A stretch of 64,000 nucleotides of DNA, taken from the NCBI GenBank assembly GCA_041389045.1, contig JAWKSQ010000001.1, positions 331,063-395,062 of the forward strand, read 5' to 3'. The stretch is from Minisyncoccota bacterium. GTDB lineage: Bacteria > Patescibacteriota > Minisyncoccia > Phycocordibacterales > UBA918. Below the pieces are notes generated by a model. The model saw nothing but the letters and a program-made list of their open reading frames with translations, searched no databases and was not told the DNA's origin. The position numbers and the translations under genes are program-made. How positions within the stretch are numbered: the stretch's first letter is position 1; each line of letters begins with the position of its first letter. Of the stretch, positions 27,540 to 36,106 are shown piece by piece.

Positions 27540-28694
27540 ATGCAACCTATTGTTAAACCTTTATCTATTTGGCAGAGAAAATTAGTGTTCGGAACACTAC
27601 TTCTAGCTTTTATCTTAAGCTTACCAATTTTTATTTTCTATGCGACTGGCTATCGCTATGACTTTTCTGAGAGAGAGTCAGGAATAACAGCCACTGGGGG
27701 ATTTTATATTTTAGCTGACGCTAATAATACAGATATTTATATTGATGATGAAATTGTCACTAATGCTCGAGCCTTTCGAGATGCTTTTTATATTCAAGGT
27801 CTTGAACCAGGTTTGCGAAATATCCATGTGCAAGGGCCTGGACTAAATACCTGGGTTAAAGAATTAATGATTTATCCGCATATTGTGACTGAAGTGGAAT
27901 CGTTTAACTTGCCGTTATTACCCAGAGTTCGTTTGGTGCCTGAGTATACAGATGTTGGTGGGGAGGCAGTATTTTTTGCTAAAAGTAGTTCGACTCCAGT
28001 ACTGTTAAGTATTGCAACCACTTCGACACCATTTCGTCTTTCCACTTCTACGGCAACAACTACACTGAGGCAAAGTCCAGAGTTTGTGCTCTTGCAGGAT
28101 TTATTTATAGAAAAGGCCTCGACTACCGCTAGTATGAAGAGACAAGCGATAGGGAAGGAAGAAAAGCCCTTTGGTTTCTCGACCACCTCTAAGGTAACTA
28201 CAGTGGACGAAATAGAGCTAGCTACTACGACAGTTGTACGAGATAAATTGGCATTGGTACAAAAGGGAGATGATGTATTTGCTTTAGCACTTAGTAGTAA
28301 TGTAAAAGATGTCCCTCGCTATTTCTGTATAAATCAAACCCCGGTCATTAAACCAGTTAGTCCGGAAGAGTTGTTTGAAGATAAAAAGCTACCCGCCGAA
28401 CAGTTACTTAATGATATTGCTGATGAACAAACCACACCTTGCCGAGCAGAAATTAGAATTGATCGTAAGTGGCAGACAGTTCATGGTTTTGATTTTTTCC
28501 CTGCTAATGGCAATTTGGTGATTATGCATTTGGATGATGGAATTTATGTAGTTGAGATCGACGACCGTTCGTGGCAAAATACTCAACTTTTGTATCCCGG
28601 TTCTGACTTAGAGTTGTTGCTCTATCGTGACGGTATATTTGTGAGACAAAATGGGTTAATTTTTGAAGTCTTACCAGAAATTGCGAGCGTGTAA
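27540..28694 (+). CDS. N-terminally anchored extracytoplasmic protein with PEGA-like domain
   Basis: ATG 27540 gives MQPIVKPLSIWQRKLVFGTLLLAFILSLPIFIFYA (TM). This is followed by TDIYIDDEIVTN ... LEPGLRNIHVQGPG. The gene sits 9 bp after the GT2 stop. Confidence 0.6.
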   Translation: MQPIVKPLSIWQRKLVFGTLLLAFILSLPIFIFYATGYRYDFSERESGITATGGFYILADANNTDIYIDDEIVTNARAFRDAFYIQGLEPGLRNIHVQGPGLNTWVKELMIYPHIVTEVESFNLPLLPRVRLVPEYTDVGGEAVFFAKSSSTPVLLSIATTSTPFRLSTSTATTTLRQSPEFVLLQDLFIEKASTTASMKRQAIGKEEKPFGFSTTSKVTTVDEIELATTTVVRDKLALVQKGDDVFALALSSNVKDVPRYFCINQTPVIKPVSPEELFEDKKLPAEQLLNDIADEQTTPCRAEIRIDRKWQTVHGFDFFPANGNLVIMHLDDGIYVVEIDDRSWQNTQLLYPGSDLELLLYRDGIFVRQNGLIFEVLPEIASV

Positions 28695-28706
28695 GCCTGT
28701 GTTACT

Positions 28707-29432
28707 ATGATAATTAATATGCATCAAAAAGGTCACCGACATCCTTTATCTTCTACGATTGCAGAAATAAATGCTATTTTCGCTGAGATTGGTTTTGTTT
28801 TTGCTGAAGGTCCAGAACGAGAAAAAATTGTTTACAACTTTGATTCTTTGAATGTACCTAAAGATCATCCATCACGAGACATGCAAGATACTTTTTATCT
28901 GGCTGGTCAGCCTGATTTAGTGATGCGAACCCATACGTCGCCAGTTCAAGTGAGGTTTATGCAAAGTCACCAGGCACCGATTAGGATGATTTGCCCTGGT
29001 AAGGTGTTTCGTAATGAGGCGACTGACGCTACTCATGAAGCACAATTTTTTCAGTTGGAAGGACTTATGGTGGATAAGGATATTTCACTCGGACATATGA
29101 AGGGGGTACTCGAATATTTCTTCTCAAAATTTTTTGGTGGGGAAGTAGAGGTGCGCTTCCGACCCAGTTTCTTTCCGTTTGTGGAGCCGGGCGTGGAGGT
29201 TGATATGAAGATTGCTTACAATCCTGAAAATAAACTTTCTGGTAAATGGATTGAGATTATGGGGGCTGGTATGGTTCATCCCAATGTTCTTAAGGCGTCT
29301 GGAATCGACCCGGAAGTTTACCAAGGCTTTGCTTTTGGTATGGGGATGGAGCGATTGGCGGTACTTAAATATGGTATTGATGATATTAGACTGATGTATA
29401 GTGGTGACCTGCGCTTTATTAATCAGTTTTAG
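28707..29432 (+). CDS. pheS: Phenylalanyl-tRNA synthetase alpha subunit, short form lacking the N-terminal coiled-coil
   Basis: 241 aa. HPSRDMQDTFY, PGKVFRNE and FGMGMERLAVLKYGI (class II motifs 1-3). Confidence 0.9.
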   Translation: MIINMHQKGHRHPLSSTIAEINAIFAEIGFVFAEGPEREKIVYNFDSLNVPKDHPSRDMQDTFYLAGQPDLVMRTHTSPVQVRFMQSHQAPIRMICPGKVFRNEATDATHEAQFFQLEGLMVDKDISLGHMKGVLEYFFSKFFGGEVEVRFRPSFFPFVEPGVEVDMKIAYNPENKLSGKWIEIMGAGMVHPNVLKASGIDPEVYQGFAFGMGMERLAVLKYGIDDIRLMYSGDLRFINQF

Positions 29433-29472
29433 AGTTAAAAGTTAAAAGTGAATAATGAAGAGTTAAATCAAT

Positions 29473-29862
29473 ATGCTAAGCGAAAAAGCTAAAACAAAAA
29501 AAACTGATACAGAATGGAAGGACGCATATTTTTTAAGATTAGTCAGTTTTTCAGTGGAGGTTTTACGCTTTGCTGATAGTCTACGCACTAATCGGACACT
29601 AGTACCTGTGGCTGATCAGTTAATAAGAAGTGCTACGTCTGTTGGTGCTAATGTTCATGAAGCACAAGGGGCTGGTAGTACAAAGGATTTTTGTCACTAT
29701 CTTCAGATTGCTCTTAAGTCAGGTCGGGAGACAATGTATTGGTTTGAAGTACTAAAAGCTTATAAAGGAAGCCCTTCACCAAAGTTGCAGATATTATTGG
29801 ATGAGTGTTCAGAGCTGGTGAGTATTATATATAGTTCTATCCATAAAATTAAAAGAAAATAG
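29473..29862 (+). CDS. Four-helix-bundle protein (23S rRNA intervening-sequence protein / Avd-like family)
   Basis: 129 aa. LIRSATSVGANVHEAQGAGSTKDFCHYLQIALKSGRETMYWFEVL is typical of this family. Confidence 0.8.
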   Translation: MLSEKAKTKKTDTEWKDAYFLRLVSFSVEVLRFADSLRTNRTLVPVADQLIRSATSVGANVHEAQGAGSTKDFCHYLQIALKSGRETMYWFEVLKAYKGSPSPKLQILLDECSELVSIIYSSIHKIKRK

Positions 29863-29913
29863 CATCTTTACTTCTGAAACTTATCACTTTTAATTTTTAA
29901 TTACTAACTTATC

Positions 29914-31818
29914 ATGAATTTTTCTTACAATTGGTTACAAAAATATTTTACCGACAAGCTCCCTCCGCCAGCTGATTTGGCAGAGCAAATTACTTTTCAT
30001 TCTTCCGAACTGGAAGAACTAGTCGATGGTCCACACGGTAAAGTTTTGGATTTAAAGGTTTTACCCGACAAGTCAGCTTGGCTAATGTCCCACCGTGGTG
30101 TAGCTAAAGAAGTGTCAGCTATTCTGGCTTTGCCACTGAAAGATGATCCGTTCCTGACTTCAACCAAGTTGGATTACTCTGATGATATAAAGATAGTGAA
30201 ACAGGGTTTGACTTGCGATTATTACAGCGTGGCTTTAATAGAGGGGGTGAAAGTAGGTCCTTCACCAAGGTGGCTCAGGGACGCTCTTGAGGATGTTGGT
30301 CAGCGTTCAATCAATAATATTGTTGATGCCACTAACTATGTCATGTTTGATTTAGGTCAGCCCCTGCACGCTTTTGCAGCTGATAAGCTAGGCCAGGCGG
30401 ATGGTCAATACCAAATAGGAGTTAGATACGCCAAGGCTGAAGAAAGCATCGTTACTCTGACTGGTGAAAGTTATGAGTTGTCAGCACAAGATTCAGTGAT
30501 TGTAGATCAAACTAACGATGCGCCGATTGGCATTGCGGGAGTAAAGGGAGGGAAGTTGGCGTCCGTGGATGAGTCTACGACAAAGATTATGCTCGAGGCA
30601 GCACACTTCGACCGCAAAGCGGTGCGGGCAACAGCGAGGAGTCTTAAGTTGCAAACAGATGCTTCTAAACGTTATGAAAATGGTATCAGCGTTGGAGTGG
30701 TCCCAATCGCCTTATCTCGCGCGATTGATTTAATTCTTGAAGTAGCCGGTGGTAAGTTGGTGACTTGTAGTGAGTCAGGTGACGCTAAAGTTAGCAGAGC
30801 TCCCGTGACTTGCGATTTAAAGAAAATTAATTCAGTGCTTGGGCTGTCCCTGACTATGGCGGAGGTGATTCAGATTATAAGTCGCTTTGGTTATGAGTCT
30901 AAGCACACCACAGAAACTGTCACGGTCTATCCGCCATTTGAACGAGATGATCTAGTAATTGCCGAAGATCTGATAGAGGAAATAGGTCGTATCTATGGTT
31001 TACATCACATTGTTTCCATTGTGCCGGAAAAACGAGAAGTGACTGAATACAATAGTCGACATTATTATGCTGAAAAAGTACGGACAGCTTTAGTGGCGCT
31101 GGGATTTTCTGAAGTTTATACTAGTTCTTTCCGAAGTCATGACGAAGTAAAAATTGAAAATGCCTTAGCTTCCGATAAAGGTTACTTGCGCAGTATCTTA
31201 GTAGAAAATCTTAAAGAGGCAGTCAGTCTAAATTCTTTTAATCGAGACATTCTTGGACTGAAGGCCATTAAGATTTTTGAAATCGGTACGGTATTTGCTA
31301 AGGATAGTGAAGAGTTTCGCATTGCTTTAGCGGTACTTTCTGGCACAAACTATAAAGCCAAATTAGATGATCCGATACTGGAAGAAGCTTTGGAGGCGCT
31401 CGCTAAAGTTTTCGGTCAGTTACCAGAGTTTAATTATCGACAAGATGGGGTAGTAGAATTTTCACTGGAAAAGCTTTTACCAAAATTAACTCCAGTGCAT
31501 GAATATGACAAAGTGGATCTCCTACCGAAGATAAACTATAAAGCCTTTTCAGTTTATCCAGCCATTAGCCGTGACGTCGCGATGTGGGTGACGGGGGAGG
31601 TGTCAGTGGCAGAGGTGGAAGCAGTGCTAGCTAAAGTAGCTGGACCGCTCTGTGTGTTAATTACCCACTTAGACACCTTCAGTAAGGAGGGTAAAACTTC
31701 TTATGCGTTTAGACTAGTATTTCAATCATTTGAGCGTACTTTGACAGATGTTGAGGTGCAAGGTTTTATGGATAGTGTCTATAATGAGGTTGTAAAACAA
31801 GGCTGGGAAGCCCGCTAG
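29914..31818 (+). CDS. pheT: Phenylalanyl-tRNA synthetase beta subunit (short, 634 aa)
   Basis: B3_4 ([22 protein letters not shown]-like), B5 and a C-terminal FDX-ACB-like region ([15 protein letters not shown] ... [10 protein letters not shown]). Confidence 0.9.
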   Translation: [634 protein letters not shown]

Positions 31819-31893
31819 CTGTCCAAGATTAGGTCGGACAGAAAGTGGCTTTTCTGGTATACTAATCATATTTTAAAGGGTTAATCATTCGGC

Positions 31894-33971
31894 ATGGCAG
31901 AAAAAAAAGAGAAAAAAGGTAATTACGACGCTTCATCGATTTCCGTCCTGGAGGGGCTTGAGCCAGTACGAAAGCGTCCCGGTATGTATATTGGTACAAC
32001 CGGTCCCGACGGACTCCATCATTTGATTTGGGAAGTTTTCGACAACTCTCGTGACGAGGCGATGGGAGGTTTTGCTGATCGGGTTGAGGTGGTACTCTTG
32101 CCGGATAACTATATCCGCGTAGCAGACAACGGTCGAGGTATTCCAGTAGATATTCATAAACAATCAAAAGTTTCAGCTCTCGAAACAATTCTTTGTACTC
32201 TCCATGCTGGAGGTAAGTTTGGTGGTGAGGATACTGGTTACAAAGTTTCCGGGGTCTTCATGGTGTTGGTATTTCAGTGGTAAATGCTCTGTCAGAACAT
32301 GTCATAGCTGAGATTCATCGAGATGGTGGTTACCACATTCAGGAATATAACATCGGTAAACCCAAAGCTAAGGTAAAGAAATTAGGTACCTCTAAACTTC
32401 AAGGTACTATCATCACTTTCCAGGCTGATCCAACTATCTTTAAGGAGATTAACTACGATTACAAGAGAATTGTAAATCACTTACGACAACAAGCTTATTT
32501 GGTGAAGGCTATGAAGTTGTCTGTTATTGATGCGAGAGGGATGACGGAAGAACAACAGAAGAAATTAGATTTGCGCGGTAAACACTATATCTCTGATGAA
32601 CACTTAGAGGTGCCACAACAACACTTTTACTTTGAAGGCGGTCTTCGTTCTTTAGTGGCTTTTAATAATCACTATCAAAAGCCAGTCCACAAAAACATCT
32701 TCTATGTTGAAAAGAATGAAGTAGATGATGCCGTTCTAACTGTGGAAGTGGCATTGCAGTACGTTGATGACATTTCGCCGCGTATTTCCGCTTTTGCAAA
32801 CAACATCTATAACCCAGAACACGGTACTCATGTAACCGGTTTCAAAACCGCTTTGACGCGGACACTTAATAACTACGCTAAGAAAAATAATTTCTTTTCC
32901 GTTAAAGATAAGGATGCTGGTTTTACGGGTGACGATGTACTGGAGGGTATTACAGCAGTAGTTTCAGTTAAGATGCCAGAGATTCAGTTTGAAGGACAGA
33001 CCAAAGCTAAACTTGGTTCAGTTGAAGCGCGGGGAGCAGTGGAGTCAGTCTTTGGTGAAGCTTTTAATAATTATTTGGAAGAAAATCCTGATGATGCTAA
33101 GGCGATTATCAATAAGGTAATTATTGCGGTTAAGGCTCGCAAGGCAGCCAAGGCGGCCAAGGATAGTGTCTTGCGTAAAGGAGCCTTGGAAGGTATGTCT
33201 CTGCCAGGAAAACTCGCCGACTGCCAAAGTAAGAAAGCCGAAGATTCAGAACTCTTCATTGTGGAAGGGGACTCAGCTGGTGGTTCAGCCAAGATGGGTC
33301 GTGATCGTAAAACACAAGCTATCTTGGCCTTGCGCGGTAAAATCCTTAACGTCGAACGAGCTCGTATCGACAAAATGCTGGCTTCGGAACAGATTAAGAA
33401 TGTGGTAATTGCGCTAGGTACTGCGATTGGGGATGTGTTTGATATTTCTCGCTTACGTTACCACAAGATTATCATTGCGACTGACGCTGACGTGGATGGC
33501 GCACACATTAGAACACTGCTGTTAACTCTATTTTATCGTTACTTTAAACCTCTGGTGGAAGGTGGCTTTATTTACATCGCCCAACCACCACTGTATAAGA
33601 TTCAGTACGGTAAAGAGAATCGCTATGCTTTTAGTGATGAAGAAAAGTTTGCGGTCTTAAAGGAATTTGGGGTTGAGCAGTCAGCCGATGACGAGTTGGT
33701 AGAAGAGGATGATGCTCCGGTTGAAGGAGTGGAAACTACTACTAAAAAGCAACCAAAAGTTAGAATTCAACGCTATAAGGGTCTGGGAGAAATGAATGCT
33801 GATGAACTCTGGGAAACCACCATGAATCCAGAGTTTAGAATTTTGAAGCAAGTGAATATTGATGACGCGCAGATGGCAGATAAAGTGTTTGATATCTTGA
33901 TGGGTACAGATGTTTCTAGTCGAAAATCTTTCATTCAGTCTAATGCCCGCCTAGCTAACTTAGATATTTAG
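31894..33971 (+). CDS. gyrB: DNA gyrase subunit B (frameshift at G-run 32251-32254)
   Basis: [16 protein letters not shown] and HAGGKF ... YKVSG, then [14 protein letters not shown] once one G is added. Also [10 protein letters not shown], Toprim [13 protein letters not shown] and RYKGLGEM. Confidence 0.95.
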
Positions 33972-33988
33972 GTAGATGTATAAAAGCA

Positions 33989-34019
33989 AAAAGCCGCGCC
34001 CCTTTGGGGCGCGGCTTTT
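33989..34019. terminator. Bidirectional GC-rich terminator
   Basis: aaaagccgcgcccc-tttg-gggcgcggctttt. Confidence 0.85.
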
Positions 34020-34025
34020 GTTTTT

Positions 34026-35125
34026 TTATCTCAGCACTAATACCGGTTGATTTAAGTAATTAGTGGCAAAGTTAGTATCTGACTTAGTGTCAATTTTAAT
34101 AATTATGTTCTGGGTACTGGTTTCTTTGGTGGGACCAAAGCTGATAGTTAGTACCGCTCTTTCATTTGGTTTGAGGGGAGTTTGCTTATCAGAAGTGTAG
34201 GTAATGTTACCTGGGAGTTTGGCTTCAAAGGTCCAAGTGTCTGACGTTTTAGAGCCGACATTGTGCACTGCGAATTGGACTCCACCTGGTTGGTTGTAAT
34301 TTATAACCCCGGTGTTGTTGAACATGCCGTTTGTGTATAGTTGTCCGGTACCAAGGTAACTCACGACTAGGTCAGTAGTGCCGTTCGGGTTTGAAACAGG
34401 AATTTCGTAAATATAAGTTGGTGTAGTCGGTTTCGGTTTTGTTACCACTGGCTTAGTTGGGGTAGTGGTGGCTACTGGCGTTGGTTTTACTGTCGGTGTA
34501 GAAGTAGCTACCGGCTTAACCGGCTCCGGTTCTGGCTTTACTTCGGGGTAGTGGTAGCTGTTTCAACTATCGGTGTCTCGGTGGCCGGAAGTTCGGCAGC
34601 CAGTTTAATGGCTTCATTAACTATGGTAAGTGAACCGGAGTTAGAGGCTACAGCGTTCGTGGAGTTAGTTCGATAAAAAGAGATGGTGTATTTCAAATCT
34701 GTGAAGCGTTCGTTATTTGAATAGATAGTCAAAGTGGCTCCATCGACATTTCCTAGTTCATAAGATTTGTCACAAGTCAGTTCAGCATATTCCTTTTCGG
34801 ATGTACTTAGATTTAAAGCTAGGCCTGGATTACACTCATAGAGAAAAGTATAAGTACCGGGTAAGTTTAGGTTCTCCCATTTTATTTCTGCGGTGTCATT
34901 ATGATTGACCATGGTACTAGTCCCTGACAGCTCTAAGTCACGCGTAATGTTAGGGTTGTAATTGTAAACACTATTAGCTAGAGAGGCTAGGGAAGTCATG
35001 GCGTTAGGGAAGACTTGTACTATCTGTACAGCTAACCAAGCCACAAAAACAATGATCCCTAACAGGCCAGCCACTGCTAGGGTTTTCATAATAGGCTGTT
35101 TTTTCTCCGGTGTAATTGGTTCCAT
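34026..35125 (-). CDS. Membrane-anchored two-domain extracytoplasmic protein with Pro/Thr-rich linker (frameshift at run 34545-34548)
   Basis: ORFs 34538..35125 (N-terminal TM LAVAGLLGIIVFVAWLAV) and 34026..34448 are joined by the linker TPEVKPEPEPVKPVATSTPTVKPTPVATTTPTKPVV when one base is restored. Confidence 0.6.
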
Positions 35126-35190
35126 ATAAACTTCATATTACCATAACATACAGTATTGTCAAGCATAAGCAAAATCGCGTTTAGTTTATA

Positions 35191-35218
35191 TTGACTTTTG
35201 TCTAAAGTGTGCTATTAT
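35191..35218 (+). promoter_or_regulatory. Sigma-70-type promoter upstream of the sortase gene
   Basis: TTGACT, a 16-nt spacer, then TGcTATTAT (extended -10). Confidence 0.45.
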
Positions 35219-35234
35219 CACCACTACTTATTTT

Positions 35235-35930
35235 ATGAATATCCGCAACTGGAATGAATTAGTGGACGCCGTTCTGCTCCGGAAAATTTCTTTCCTGGTG
35301 ACTTTTTTTGTGATCTTTCTTTTGTCATACGCTTTTTTTGCTTGGCTTGATCTGCTTCCAGAACCAGTATCAACTGAAAAAGCCGAGTCGGTAACCGAGA
35401 CTGTAGTAAATGAGTCATCTCCAGAAAACGCGGAGTCAGTTATTTCATCTTCTACTGAGCTTGAATCAGAAGCCAGTAAGGAAATCGAACCCCTTCTACC
35501 AGACACAATTATTATCGATAGCTTGGATAGAACAATTACAGTTTTAAATCCTACTTCAACCAAGGTAGAGGATTTAGATGCTGCATTGCTATATGGAGTG
35601 GTGCGACATCCTGATTCGGCTACTTTGGAAAGGGATGGTAGTGTTTTTATTTTGGGACATTCCAGCTATCTACCAACAGTATTAAATCGTAATTTCCAGG
35701 CTTTTAATGGTATTCAAAACTTAAAGTTTGGTGACACTATTAGATTGCAGTCCAATGATCAGGAGTATGTTTATCGGGTTGATAAGGTTTATCGAACAAA
35801 GGCACAAGACGCCACGGTACCAATTGCTGGTGTTAAACAAAGGTTGATCCTAGCTACTTGTAACAGCTTCGGTTCGATTGATGATAGATATATTGTGGAG
35901 GCAGACTTGCTAGAAGTAAGGGTTATTTAG
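35235..35930 (+). CDS. Sortase-family transpeptidase
   Basis: 231 aa with an N-terminal TM. Catalytic His context VFILGHSSY, Cys context LILATCNSF, and a conserved Arg near the C-terminus. Confidence 0.85.
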   Translation: MNIRNWNELVDAVLLRKISFLVTFFVIFLLSYAFFAWLDLLPEPVSTEKAESVTETVVNESSPENAESVISSSTELESEASKEIEPLLPDTIIIDSLDRTITVLNPTSTKVEDLDAALLYGVVRHPDSATLERDGSVFILGHSSYLPTVLNRNFQAFNGIQNLKFGDTIRLQSNDQEYVYRVDKVYRTKAQDATVPIAGVKQRLILATCNSFGSIDDRYIVEADLLEVRVI

Positions 35931-35938
35931 ATTTTACC

Positions 35939-35967
35939 TTGACAAAGTCCTTATATTAAGATATGAT
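35939..35967 (+). promoter_or_regulatory. Sigma-70-type promoter, leaving a ~135-nt leader before 36107
   Basis: TTGACA, a 17-nt spacer, then TATGAT. Confidence 0.5.
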
Positions 35968-36106
35968 ATAAAGATATAGGCAGTCGCTCTTTCTCTGTGG
36001 GTTTGGCGCCCCGTGCTCTTCTTAAGGTGTCAAAATCGTAGTCTTGGTTACTCTTGCGTACATGGGTGTAGGTAGGAGTATTAAGTTTATGAATAACTAA
36101 GTTTAT

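Noticed and set aside
29473-29862. Diversity-generating retroelement, suggested by the Avd-like four-helix-bundle gene and repeat-rich surface proteins.
   Set aside because: No reverse transcriptase ORF is present in the 64 kb. I found no template/variable repeat pair whose differences are confined to adenines. The internal repeats differ by indels or mixed substitutions.
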